Assembly: GCA_963753345.1 (NCBI GenBank)
Contig: CAVWBU010000024.1
Coordinates: 32,001 to 96,000 of the forward strand
DNA: 64,000 nt
Origin: an uncultured Fibrobacterota bacterium
GTDB lineage: Bacteria; Fibrobacterota; Chitinivibrionia; Chitinivibrionales; FEN-1185
Reading direction: 5' to 3'
Part shown: piece after piece, positions 1-9,635 of the stretch
How the letters are laid out: each line of letters opens with the position of its first letter
Numbering within the stretch: position 1 is the first letter of the stretch
Program-made: the position numbers and the translations under genes
The notes under the pieces: model-generated
Told to the model about the DNA's origin: nothing
Database searches by the model: none
The model's input: only the letters and a program-made list of their open reading frames with translations

Positions 1-24
1 CCTCCTTTAGGTGATGGTGAAAGG

Positions 25-55
25 CCCGCCGGTTGCAGTCGCCGGCGGGTTTTTT
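25..55 (+). terminator. Probable intrinsic terminator
   Basis: 8-bp stem cccgccgg/ccggcggg followed by T6. Confidence 0.55.
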
Positions 56-344
56 GTTTCCGGTTTCCTTTAGTGTTATTAAAGTATCATGAACATTACC
101 ATCCTTTGTGATTGCACGCCGAAATAGTATAAATCGCTGATGATCGATGCCGCAAGCTCCGAAGTCGCGAAAGCAACAAATTGCCATGCCGATTCCCAGT
201 CAAGCAGTCAAAAGAATCGGACACATCCTTAAGCTTGTTCCGAATCCATAAGACCGGCATTTTCTGATTTGATAATTGCGAGCGGGCGAACCTATATTTT
301 TTCCTCAAAGAAGCGTTTCCCTGTCAATCAGCCCGGACAATAGT

Positions 345-1538
345 ATGACATACATTTACTTTCTTTACGGATTGTCTTTCTTCACCCTGGGTATTTCCGT
401 CATTTTCTTTCCAAGAAGAGGGAGCGAATTCCGGATTGCAAAGACGATTGTGTTTATTGCAGTATTCGGAATACTCCACGGACTGCACGAGTGGACGGTG
501 ATGTTCGGCCTCATGCAGAATCTCGATGGCGCCGCAGCCCTCAAGCTCTTCGGCCTTGTCCTGTTGCCGTTATCATATTATTTCCTCGTCGTGTTCGGCA
601 TGAAAAGCATCCTGAGAGCGGACGCCCCGTTTCCAGCGGTTCATGCGGTCCCGGCGGGGCTTTTTATGCTCTGGATCATCCTGACTGTCGCAGCGGGGCA
701 ACATGCTTTGATGGGATCGGTGTGGGCGCGATATCTGTTGGGCGTGCCGGGATCGGCATTGACAGGGTATGCTTTGCTCAGGCAACTGCCCGAAATGAAA
801 CGCGTGGACACCTACGTGTACAAGAATGTCGCGGTTGCCGCAAACATGTTTTTCCTCTATGGAATCTTTTCCGGACTTGTCGTGCCCAACGCAGGATTTT
901 TCCCGGCATCCGTCATCAATGACACGATCTTTGCAAAAGCAACCGGAATTCCAATTCAGATCTTCCGGACCGCATGCGCCGTCGTCATCTCCTTCAACAT
1001 CATCTCCATCTTGAACCTGTTTGCCCGGGAAACGCTGGAGCGGCTGCGCAGCCTGTCGCTGAAGGACGAACTTACCGGCCTGCTGAACCGGCGGGGTTTT
1101 TTTACGCTGGCGGAACAGCAGATCAAGATTGCAAAGCGGAAGAAGCACACTATGCTGCTTCTTGTCGGCGACATGGATAATCTCAAGCAGATCAACGATA
1201 CCCTTGGCCATGCCGAAGGCGACGCGGCGATCATTGACACCGCGGACATCCTCAGGAACAGTTTCCGGGAATCCGATATCATCGCCCGCATCGGAGGCGA
1301 TGAATTTGCGATCCTTCATGTGGAAAGCACCGGCGGCAATCCTGCGGCGTCTGTTGACCGCCTGCAAAACAACTTTATGCTTCACAACGAGCAAAAAAAG
1401 AAGAACTACCGCCTTGCAATGAGCGTCGGCACCGCCTTGTGCGATGCGGCCGGCGCGTATTCAATCAACGAGCTTATCAAGCAGGCCGACGACATCATGT
1501 ACGAACAGAAAAGAGGAAGAAACGGCGCGACCGTATGA
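345..1538 (+). CDS. Membrane-anchored diguanylate cyclase (GGDEF)
   Basis: Multi-TM N-terminus; DELTGLLNRR linker, RESD I-site and RIGGDEF motif. ATG at 345 preferred over the ORF-track start at 276. Confidence 0.9.
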   Translation: MTYIYFLYGLSFFTLGISVIFFPRRGSEFRIAKTIVFIAVFGILHGLHEWTVMFGLMQNLDGAAALKLFGLVLLPLSYYFLVVFGMKSILRADAPFPAVHAVPAGLFMLWIILTVAAGQHALMGSVWARYLLGVPGSALTGYALLRQLPEMKRVDTYVYKNVAVAANMFFLYGIFSGLVVPNAGFFPASVINDTIFAKATGIPIQIFRTACAVVISFNIISILNLFARETLERLRSLSLKDELTGLLNRRGFFTLAEQQIKIAKRKKHTMLLLVGDMDNLKQINDTLGHAEGDAAIIDTADILRNSFRESDIIARIGGDEFAILHVESTGGNPAASVDRLQNNFMLHNEQKKKNYRLAMSVGTALCDAAGAYSINELIKQADDIMYEQKRGRNGATV

Positions 1539-1809
1539 CACGCTGTTTTGTGCTCGCTGCCCGTCTTCTGCCTGCGCTGTTCGCGATCTCCCGGGCTGAA
1601 AACCTCGGTTTTGTCAATGAGAACATCTTCGCGTCGATCCTGTATCGCTTCGGTGTTCGAGCATTCTACATGCCGGTTGCTGATGGACCCGCCCGTTCTC
1701 CTTGGCGGCGTGAAGTGATGATGACGTCGCACCGGTGCGCTGTTTCGCTTTTCGGCCACGAAATCCAACTTCATTAATCATCACAACGCCATTAACGTAT
1801 TTTATCTCC

Positions 1810-2721
1810 ATGAAATCCACCCCCCGCTGCCTCCCGTGTTTCATCGACGACATTGCGGGTGCGCTTGAGTTGCTTGACGTTCAGGAAAAGATGAAGAACA
1901 AGGTACTCAAACGGTGTCTCTTGTACCTTGCACGCCACCTTGACACAAACAAACCACCATCCTACACCATCACGAACCTCCACAGGATCCTTAAACGCAC
2001 GCTGGGCATGGCTATGCCGTTTGCAAAGCTCAGGCGCGCGTGCCTCAGGGCTGGCATGGCGGCTGCTGCCGCGGTGGACAAGCGGGCGCGGAACCTGTCG
2101 GGCCTTGCGCGGTTCAGGTTTCTCGTGCGCTGGGCGGTTGCGGCAAACAGCCTTGACTTCCGCACCGCGGGCGCAGGCTACGGCCTCACCGCCGCTGCAG
2201 TGCGGAAGACACTCGATTCCTGCTTCAGAAGGCATCTTGCCGTCGATCATACGGCGAGGCTGTTTGCCACGGCACGCAGGGCGCGCAGAATTGTTTACAT
2301 TCCGGACAACGTGGGCGAGCTCGCGTTTGACAAGCTGCTGGTGGCGCTGCTCCGCTCGCAGGGGGCAGAGGTTATTGTGCCCATGCGCGGCGGCCCCATA
2401 ACCAGCGACGCGACAATGGCCGACGCGCGGGCCGTGAGCATGGGAGACGCCGCCTCGCAGGTGATTGTGGCCGGGCCCGACACGCTCGGCATTTCGTTAT
2501 CGGAAATGAGCCGTGAGCTTTCCTCTGCGCTTTCCCGCGCGGACCTTATCATCGCAAAGGGCCAGGCCAACTACTACGTATTGTCCGAATACGGAGCACA
2601 GTATCCGAAGGCGACCATCGCCTGCCTGTTTACCGCAAAATGCAACAGTGTCTGGAAAACCTTCGGCTGCAGCGGCAAGGCTTCGATCGCTGCAATCATC
2701 CAGAAAGGCCGCGCCGCATGA
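1810..2721 (+). CDS. ARMT1-like / DUF89 damage-control phosphatase
   Basis: N-terminal CLPC, ANSLDF, DNVGE, KGQANY and AKC motifs typical of DUF89. Confidence 0.8.
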   Translation: MKSTPRCLPCFIDDIAGALELLDVQEKMKNKVLKRCLLYLARHLDTNKPPSYTITNLHRILKRTLGMAMPFAKLRRACLRAGMAAAAAVDKRARNLSGLARFRFLVRWAVAANSLDFRTAGAGYGLTAAAVRKTLDSCFRRHLAVDHTARLFATARRARRIVYIPDNVGELAFDKLLVALLRSQGAEVIVPMRGGPITSDATMADARAVSMGDAASQVIVAGPDTLGISLSEMSRELSSALSRADLIIAKGQANYYVLSEYGAQYPKATIACLFTAKCNSVWKTFGCSGKASIAAIIQKGRAA

Positions 2722-3335
2722 AACCGTTCAACCTGGCCATCGCGTTCACGCTTTCGCGCATCGCAATCGCGCCGTTTTTCGCGTTCTTCTTCATCCGCAG
2801 CTTTCACGCCGCGTCTCCTGCGCTCTGGCTCTGGGCCTCCATCGGCTTGGCCGCGCTCATCGAGCTGTCCGACGTGCTCGACGGTTTCACCGCGCGGGCG
2901 CGCAACCAGGTTTCCGATTTCGGCAAGCTGCTCGACCCCATGGCCGACAGCCTTTCGCGCCAGACGGTGTTCCTCTCCTTTGTCGTGTGCGCGGGCCGCA
3001 TCATACCGCTGTGGATGTTCCTCCTGTTTCTGTATCGCGATGCGATCCTTTCCATTCTGCGCACCATGTGCGCGTACCACGGCACCGTGCTCGCGGCGCG
3101 GCGCGCGGGAAAGCTCAAGGCGGTGGTGCAGGCAGTGGGCGCGTTCGTGGTGCTGTTTCTGTGCCTCGGCATCGCGTACAACGTCCCCTGGATTCCCCGA
3201 AGCATCTGGGGCAGGCATCCGGGGTTCTGGGTGATGCTCGTGCCGGCGGTGGTGACGGTCCTTTCGGTGTACGATTACGTCGTCTCCAACTGGCGCGTGG
3301 TGAAAATTATGGCGGTCTCGCAGCTTTTCAAGTGA
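2718..3335 (+). CDS. pgsA: CDP-alcohol phosphatidyltransferase (PgsA-like)
   Basis: Signature D-x-x-DG-x-x-AR...G-x-x-LD-x-x-AD (SDVLDGFTARARNQVSDFGKLLDPMAD); ATGA overlap with the upstream stop. Confidence 0.85.
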   Translation: MKPFNLAIAFTLSRIAIAPFFAFFFIRSFHAASPALWLWASIGLAALIELSDVLDGFTARARNQVSDFGKLLDPMADSLSRQTVFLSFVVCAGRIIPLWMFLLFLYRDAILSILRTMCAYHGTVLAARRAGKLKAVVQAVGAFVVLFLCLGIAYNVPWIPRSIWGRHPGFWVMLVPAVVTVLSVYDYVVSNWRVVKIMAVSQLFK

Positions 3336-3348
3336 GAGGCATTCTTAT

Positions 3349-4014
3349 ATGTCAAAAAGGGTGATCCACGTTGCTCCATCGATACTCTCGGCCGATTTCA
3401 GGCACCTCGAACGCGAGGTGAAGGACGCCGAGGCGGCCGGCGCCGACCGCATCCACTGCGACGTGATGGACGGCCATTTCGTGCCGAACCTCACGTTCGG
3501 CCCGTTCGTGGTTGAGGCCGTAAGGAAATGCGTGTCGATCCCGCTCGACGTGCACCTCATGATTGCCAATCCCCAGAAGTACATCGCCGATTACTGCGAC
3601 GCGGGCGCGAACATTCTGCTCGTGCACGCGGAGGTGTGCCCGGACCTGGCGCAGGTACTTCTTGACATCCGCAAGCACGGCGCAAAGGCCGGCGCCGCGG
3701 TCAATCCGGACATGGGGATCGAACCGCTCGTGCCGCACCTCGGGAAAATGGACCAGGTGCTCATCATGACGGTCTATGCCGGGTTCGGCGGGCAGAAGTT
3801 CATGCCCGAAATGCTCCCCAAAATCGGCGCAATCCGCAACCAGGCGGCGCGGCTCGGCATCTCAGTTGATATCGAAGTGGACGGCGGCATCAACGCACAG
3901 ACCGCGCGGCAGTGCATTACATTGGGCGCCACGGTGCTCGTGGCCGGCAGCTACGTGTTCAGCGGCGAAAACTACAGGGACCGCATCGACGCGATCCGCG
4001 CCGCGGCGTCTTGA
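3349..4014 (+). CDS. rpe: Ribulose-phosphate 3-epimerase
   Basis: APSILSADF, HCDVMDGHFVPN, DVHLMI and VDGGIN motifs. Confidence 0.97.
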   Translation: MSKRVIHVAPSILSADFRHLEREVKDAEAAGADRIHCDVMDGHFVPNLTFGPFVVEAVRKCVSIPLDVHLMIANPQKYIADYCDAGANILLVHAEVCPDLAQVLLDIRKHGAKAGAAVNPDMGIEPLVPHLGKMDQVLIMTVYAGFGGQKFMPEMLPKIGAIRNQAARLGISVDIEVDGGINAQTARQCITLGATVLVAGSYVFSGENYRDRIDAIRAAAS

Positions 4015-4017
4015 CGC

Positions 4018-5061
4018 ATGCGCTTGCGCGGCCTGATCTTTGCATTTGCGGCAGCACTGCTTTCCATCTCCTGCCATTGCTCCAAGTACCCGGTGGCGCC
4101 GGACGGGGCCAATCTGCTCGAACTCGAAACCGTGTGGCAGTACCTCGAAACGTACTGCATCTGGCAGGACAGCATTCCCCTGGCGCCCGATCCGTTCGCG
4201 TTTGACTCGGCCGAGCAGCTTCTCGCAAGCGTAAACGACACGTTTCACGGCTACAATTATACCAGGTACAACGATGATACAACGGCCTTGCCACTTGCCA
4301 AGATCGCGGCCGGCGCGCCGGTGCGGGACACTACGGTTAGCGTGGTACCCCTCACCGACTCCACGGTTTACTTGCGAATCTGGCCCGAATTCGAAGATTC
4401 GACCTACTCCGGTTTTCTCATCGTGCTCCCGATTCTTGCAAGATATCCCAAGATAATTGTAGACTTGCGAAACAACGGCGGTGGTTTGATTGACGCAGTG
4501 GATTCGATCATCGAGTATTTCCTTCCGTCGGGCACGCCCTACATAAGCGCAAAGTACCGGAAGTACGACGCATCCTCGCGCACGGCGCAGACCATTGGAT
4601 GGGAACACTGGACCACCGTTCACGACCGCACGCCCACGCTCGCAGGCGCGCAGGTCGCCGTGCTCACCAACGGCCTTACCGCGAGCGCATCGGAGATCCT
4701 TGTCGCGGGCCTCAAGGACGGCCGCGCCCTTTCCGGCCGCGACACGGTTGCCCTTGTCGGCGAGACCACCTTCGGCAAGGGCATCGGCCAGGTCGTCATC
4801 TCGCGCACGTACCTTGGCAAACGCGACTTAAAGATCACGTTTCTGAGGCTTGACGGCCTGGGCGCAAAAACCCGGAATTACCACAGGCACGGCATAGCGC
4901 CGGACATTCGGGTTGCGGATCCACTTGCGGAAAATACCGCGCTCCTGCTTCTGGAGCCGTCGGCAAAACCGCTTGCCAAGTCCCTTGTTGCGGCCGCGCC
5001 GCAGACGGCCAGCGCCGGAGCGTATGTCGTGGTCCCGGCCAATCCGGCAATTGAGAAGTGA
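4018..5061 (+). CDS. S41 family peptidase, probable lipoprotein
   Basis: DLRNNGGG, TASASE and GETTFGKG motifs; signal peptide with Cys. Confidence 0.85.
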   Translation: MRLRGLIFAFAAALLSISCHCSKYPVAPDGANLLELETVWQYLETYCIWQDSIPLAPDPFAFDSAEQLLASVNDTFHGYNYTRYNDDTTALPLAKIAAGAPVRDTTVSVVPLTDSTVYLRIWPEFEDSTYSGFLIVLPILARYPKIIVDLRNNGGGLIDAVDSIIEYFLPSGTPYISAKYRKYDASSRTAQTIGWEHWTTVHDRTPTLAGAQVAVLTNGLTASASEILVAGLKDGRALSGRDTVALVGETTFGKGIGQVVISRTYLGKRDLKITFLRLDGLGAKTRNYHRHGIAPDIRVADPLAENTALLLLEPSAKPLAKSLVAAAPQTASAGAYVVVPANPAIEK

Positions 5062-5135
5062 TTATGCCCCGCGCGCCGCACAATAATGTGATTGAACCCG
5101 CGCAGGTTTTCTTGGAATAAGTATTTTTAACCTCC

Positions 5136-6146
5136 ATGGAAAAGACGCCCAATCCACCATCGCATGCTCCCGAACCTGTCCTCGGCCTTGTGGGCGCGTC
5201 CGCCTATCTCCAGGAGTTGCGGAAGGAGATCCGGCGCGTTGCGGAGGGCGATTTTCCCGTCCTTGTCCAGGGCGATTCCGGCACGGGAAAGGACCTTGTG
5301 GCCCGCGCGATTCACGCGTGCGGTAAGCGGAGTGGGGGCAGGCTCGTCGTCATCAACTGTTCCGCCGTTCCCGGGCCCCTCGAGGAAGCGGAATATTTCG
5401 GCTACGCAAGCAACGCGTTCACCGGCGCGACCGTGACCAAGGAGGGCAGCGTCGGCGCCGCCGACGGGTCCACGCTGTTCCTCGACGAGGTGGCCGACAT
5501 GTCGCTTGACATGCAGGCAAAAATGATCCGCTTTTTCGACAGCGGCGAGTTCGTGCCGACGGGTTCCGCCGCGGCGAAGAAGGCGGATGTGCGGATCGTG
5601 AGCGCCACCAACCGCGACCTCGAGGCGATGGTGAAGCAAATGTCGTTCCGGCAGGACCTGTTCTTCCGGCTCAAGGGCGCGGTTATCGCGACGCAGCCCC
5701 TTTCGCGGCACAAGGAGGACATTCCCGCGCTTGTCAATTATTTTCTCGCGCTGCAGGAGGACCCCAAAATCCCCCGGCACATATCGCCCGCGGCGCTCCA
5801 GATCCTTGCGAATTACGCCTGGCCCGGGGACGTGCGGGAACTCAAGTACACGGTGGAAGTGGTTCGCATGGCGAGCATCGGCACAAGGTTAGTCAGCGAG
5901 AAAACGGTCCGCGCGGTGCTCAGGATGAACGACACGGCCCCGCAGCAGCCGCTTGCCTACCGGGAAGCCAAGGCCGCGATGATGCACGATTTTGAGACCC
6001 GGTATTTTACCAAGCTCCTCACCCAGTTTAAAGGGAACATGAATCGGGCGGCAAAGGCGGCGGGCATGTACCGGCCGAACCTCCTCAAGAAGATCAAACA
6101 ACTGAATATTTCGCAGGATGCGTTTAGGATTAAGAGAGAATTATAA
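5136..6146 (+). CDS. Sigma-54-interaction AAA+ regulator with C-terminal Fis-type HTH and no sensory domain
   Basis: Walker A GDSGTGKD, LFLDEV, ATNRDL, FRQDLFFRL, WPGDVREL, C-terminal HTH; the GAFTGA loop reads NAFTGA. Confidence 0.88.
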   Translation: MEKTPNPPSHAPEPVLGLVGASAYLQELRKEIRRVAEGDFPVLVQGDSGTGKDLVARAIHACGKRSGGRLVVINCSAVPGPLEEAEYFGYASNAFTGATVTKEGSVGAADGSTLFLDEVADMSLDMQAKMIRFFDSGEFVPTGSAAAKKADVRIVSATNRDLEAMVKQMSFRQDLFFRLKGAVIATQPLSRHKEDIPALVNYFLALQEDPKIPRHISPAALQILANYAWPGDVRELKYTVEVVRMASIGTRLVSEKTVRAVLRMNDTAPQQPLAYREAKAAMMHDFETRYFTKLLTQFKGNMNRAAKAAGMYRPNLLKKIKQLNISQDAFRIKREL

Positions 6147-6162
6147 TTGCAATAAAGATTTG

Positions 6163-6335
6163 GAAAGGGCGACCGCTTCCTCCCGTTGGTCGGGTCGAAT
6201 GCCCTTTAGATCCCGCTGGGAAAGGGCAAACGACATAATGGATGGTGCGAAGCACCATTACCATACCCTTAAGAAATGAAATAACAAAATGCTTATTGTA
6301 TCCCGCCCTCCCTTCCCTCCCCCGCCGGGGAGGGC
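6163..6335. repeat. Intergenic palindromic (REP-like) hairpins
   Basis: tgcccttt...aaagggca hairpin and ccctcccc-cgcc-ggggaggg hairpin (6315-6334). Confidence 0.35.
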
Positions 6336-6431
6336 TTCAACAGATGTATTTTTCTAATGAATGGCAAAGACGTCATCAATCCACCTTGACGTACTAGAAT
6401 TTGATTCCGTCGTGCACCTTATCCCGGGAAA

Positions 6432-7469
6432 ATGGTAATGACCTTTTCATCTTCATCCGCCCGATCCTTTTGTCTTGCACTCTTTATCACCCTGGCTCTT
6501 TCGTCACTCTCTTCAACCACCTCCGCTCAAACTCTGTCAAGCCCTCTCAAGCCCGACATCCTCAGCAACAAAAGCTACACCGAGGTTTACACGCTCACTG
6601 CGCACGCCGACGACAGCACCTTTGTCCAGGTAATGTTCACCATCACCAATCTGGGCATCGAAGACAGGAACGCAGCCTGCACCGCGCTCATTTTTCATCC
6701 GTCGAAGAAAGCCTGGAAGGCGAATGAAAAATTCACCTCAAAACAGTGGGCCTATTCGCCGACGCCCAACCCGACGCTCGCCATCGGCTCCAGCGCCCTC
6801 ACCGTGTTTTCCGACAGGCTCAGCCTTCGCGCGGCCGTGGGAGGGGTAAGGATTGACATCGTGCTTCACGCCGCTTTCGCGCCCGTCAAGCCGCCCAACA
6901 CCGACTTCCCGAAATCCGCGTCCGGCAAGTTCCGCGACTTCGAGATTCTCGTTCCCTGGTCGGCCGCGCAGGCCACGATCGTGCTTCCTGGCGCGGCGCC
7001 GCAGAGCATTTCGGGCTTCGGCACGCTCGACAGGGCCCGGTCGGTGGGAACCACGAGGGACATCTGCCGGGGCTGGGTCACGTTCCGCGGCCACAGCGGT
7101 CAGGAGTATTTCCTCGCGGACTTCCGCCTCCCGCCGCAGAAGGACGCCCCGGCCGTCGGATGGGTATGGCGGACGGCAGACGCCGGGCCCGTGGCCATCC
7201 AGGGCCTTGACATCCGCAAGGAACCCCTGATTGTTGACGGAAGGAAATCGGAGCGCTGCACGATTTCCGCACTCGACGGAACGTTCACCATTGCCGGCAG
7301 GGAGGCGCTGTACCGCTATTCCTTTGTGGACGAGCTCGGCGCCGTTACGGGCGGTCTTGTCAAACTGGTGGTCGGGAAGCCCATCACCGCGTATTGCCCG
7401 GCAACGGCACGGTTCAGCGGCGGCACCCGGCCCGTGCCCGGCATGCTGGAGCTGATGACCATCGAGTAA
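6432..7469 (+). CDS. Secreted hypothetical protein (possibly lipocalin-like beta fold)
   Basis: 345-aa ORF with signal-peptide-like N-terminus and host-like codon use; no firm motif. Confidence 0.65.
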   Translation: MVMTFSSSSARSFCLALFITLALSSLSSTTSAQTLSSPLKPDILSNKSYTEVYTLTAHADDSTFVQVMFTITNLGIEDRNAACTALIFHPSKKAWKANEKFTSKQWAYSPTPNPTLAIGSSALTVFSDRLSLRAAVGGVRIDIVLHAAFAPVKPPNTDFPKSASGKFRDFEILVPWSAAQATIVLPGAAPQSISGFGTLDRARSVGTTRDICRGWVTFRGHSGQEYFLADFRLPPQKDAPAVGWVWRTADAGPVAIQGLDIRKEPLIVDGRKSERCTISALDGTFTIAGREALYRYSFVDELGAVTGGLVKLVVGKPITAYCPATARFSGGTRPVPGMLELMTIE

Positions 7470-7502
7470 CCCATCCGGCAGCGGATCGACAGGAGCAAAC
7501 CC

Positions 7503-8162
7503 GTGCGCCCGCGCTTTTTCAAACGAAGAGAATTCCCGGTTCCCACAATATGGGCGTGGTGCGTCGTGCTGGCCTCAATCGCGGCGCTGCTGCTCGTATT
7601 CGTATTCACCATTCATTCTTTTCTCGCCCCTGTCAAGCCCGTACCGTCCCGCATCATGGTGGTGGAAGGGTGGCTGCCCGAATACGCTCTTGCGCGGGCG
7701 GCCGAGGATTTCAAAGGCAAGGGTTTCCGTCTCTTGATCGTGACCGGCGGCCCGGTTGAAGTGGGCCATTTCCTCTCCGGCTACAACTCACTTGCCAATG
7801 TCGGGGCCGCGACCATGAGAAAGCTAGGGATAGACAGTTCTGCAATTGTGGTTGTCCCTGCGCCATTTGTCCAGAAGGACCGGACCTACGAGGAGGCGCT
7901 GTCGCTCAAACACTGGCTGCTCAAGTCCGGAACTCCTGAAAAAGCTCTAACGCTGTATTCAATCGGCTGCCATGCGCGGCGGTCGCACCTGCTGTACGCC
8001 AGGGTTCTCGGCAGAGAGTATACCGTGGGAGTCGTGGCATGCGTCAACAGAGACTACGACAGCCGGCACTGGTGGCATTACAGCAACGGCGTAAGGGCCG
8101 TGGCCGATGAGACGCTGGCATATTGTTATGCGTGGGTGTTTTCGTTGTTTGCGGGAGATTGA
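7503..8162 (+). CDS. YdcF/DUF218 (ElyC/SanA-like) protein
   Basis: N-terminal TM, VVEGW, IVTGG, RTYEEA and HARRS motifs. Confidence 0.75.
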   Translation: MRPRFFKRREFPVPTIWAWCVVLASIAALLLVFVFTIHSFLAPVKPVPSRIMVVEGWLPEYALARAAEDFKGKGFRLLIVTGGPVEVGHFLSGYNSLANVGAATMRKLGIDSSAIVVVPAPFVQKDRTYEEALSLKHWLLKSGTPEKALTLYSIGCHARRSHLLYARVLGREYTVGVVACVNRDYDSRHWWHYSNGVRAVADETLAYCYAWVFSLFAGD

Positions 8163-8216
8163 AATAAATACTTTAATGGGGGAAGTGCAACCTGTCTCAA
8201 AACTCAAGAGAAGATC

Positions 8217-8362
8217 TGGGCGCCCCGCCGAAGACGGCGGCGGTTCTCCTTCCGGTCTCGGCCGCAGGCCTCGGGCTGCCACGGCCCTATGGCCCACAGG
8301 GCCGGGTCCGGGCAGCATCCTGCTCTAGCGGGACCTCCAGTCGCCCTTGGCGCGCGGGCAGA
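8217..8362 (+). repeat. Dispersed structured repeat, module A (solo, slightly diverged)
   Basis: tgggcg...cggttctccttccggtctcggccgcaggcctcggg...gcgggacctccagtcgcccttggcgcgcgggcag matches the other A copies. Confidence 0.85.
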
Positions 8363-8469
8363 GGTTGACCTGCCGCGAAATGATTTTTCAAGTCAATAAG
8401 AAAAAGAGAGTTTTGGCATTCTCGTTCTTTTAAAAAGTCAGCGACGAGTTTACAGAAAGGCTGGAGTAT

Positions 8470-8850
8470 ATGCCGTTAACAAGAATATCAATGAATTATA
8501 AGATCACGGACAAGACATCGCTGGTGAAAGATATTCAAAACACGCTTGTCAATGTACTCAAGATACCCGAGCGGGACAGGCTTATTATAGTTGATGAAAA
8601 CCTGGAGGGCTTTTTCCAGCCGCCGGATACCGCCGGGAAGTACGTGCTCGTGGAACTGTCGATGTTCAGCGGCAGAACAAAGGAAACGAAACGGGCGCTT
8701 TACAAATCGCTTGTTGACGTACTGGAAAAGCACGGCATCGGGAAGGAAAACGTCAGGATCGTGATGTATGAAGTGCCGAAGGACAACTGGGGCATTCGTG
8801 GAGGGAAGATGGCGTCGGAGGTGGAGTTGGGGTTTGAGACGGAGAGGTGA
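8470..8850 (+). CDS. Tautomerase family protein (4-OT/MSAD-like)
   Basis: N-terminal Pro after Met; GRTKETKRALY and NWGIRGG motifs. Confidence 0.85.
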   Translation: MPLTRISMNYKITDKTSLVKDIQNTLVNVLKIPERDRLIIVDENLEGFFQPPDTAGKYVLVELSMFSGRTKETKRALYKSLVDVLEKHGIGKENVRIVMYEVPKDNWGIRGGKMASEVELGFETER

Positions 8851-9038
8851 AGGGAAAGTAGGGTTATTTGCGGATAAGAATGCGCGGGTTGCACTAAAAA
8901 GTCGCCGGCGAAAATGAAATATCAAAAGCAAATGACAAGTCCTGTGAAATTATCTATTTTGCTATTTGCAAGGTATCTGACGAAGATCTGAGTGATTACC
9001 TCTCTGTTAAACGAACGCGAGCGAAAGAGGATAATGCC

Positions 9039-9635
9039 TTGGAAAGAAATGTTGTAGATAATGCGAAATTCAATAAGAAGGCGGAATTACCTTTTGAGCT
9101 CAGGCAACAGGATTTTCAAATGGCAATGCAGGATGTGTACGATTTCTTTTATGATGTAAATTCGCACCTATCTAAAAAGGGACTGCAACGACTCGATGAA
9201 ATGCTTCGACCTGCTATAATGTCTGGTGTATTGTCGGACATGATCACTGCAAGCCTAGCCAAGCACTCAAGAACGCTAATAGAAAACCACTATTTTAATG
9301 GGCATCCCGATTTGGTTGTCCAAGGAGTTTACCCTGGCAATTCTATCAAAGCTGGTACAAAGGGTGTTGAGATTAAGACAACTCGAAAAACAGGCGGAGC
9401 AGTTGACACGCACGGCGCTCGTGATCAGTTCATGTGTGTTTTTCTTTATGATGTCGATAACGAAACGGAACCCGCACACGACCGTCATCCGATGACATTC
9501 ACGGAAGTATATATAGGCAAAGTTTCAGTGGAAGATTTCCGAAAGAACCCGCGTGGCGAACTTGGCACTCGCACTGCAACTCTTCACAAAGATGGTATTA
9601 AGAAACTTCGACAGAACTGGGTGTATCGTTTGTAA
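9039..9635 (+). CDS. Putative type II restriction endonuclease (PD-(D/E)xK)
   Basis: HPDL...GVEIKT motif; convergent with and overlapping a DNA MTase; AT-rich island. Confidence 0.6.
   Translation: MERNVVDNAKFNKKAELPFELRQQDFQMAMQDVYDFFYDVNSHLSKKGLQRLDEMLRPAIMSGVLSDMITASLAKHSRTLIENHYFNGHPDLVVQGVYPGNSIKAGTKGVEIKTTRKTGGAVDTHGARDQFMCVFLYDVDNETEPAHDRHPMTFTEVYIGKVSVEDFRKNPRGELGTRTATLHKDGIKKLRQNWVYRL

Noticed and set aside
60-340. c-di-GMP riboswitch upstream of the GGDEF gene
   Set aside because: An isolated gcgaaagc is present, but the GEMM two-stem consensus could not be assembled.
1535-1777. 80-aa ORF starting in the GGDEF stop codon
   Set aside because: The ATGA overlap is suggestive, but there is no motif or clear RBS, so it cannot be supported.
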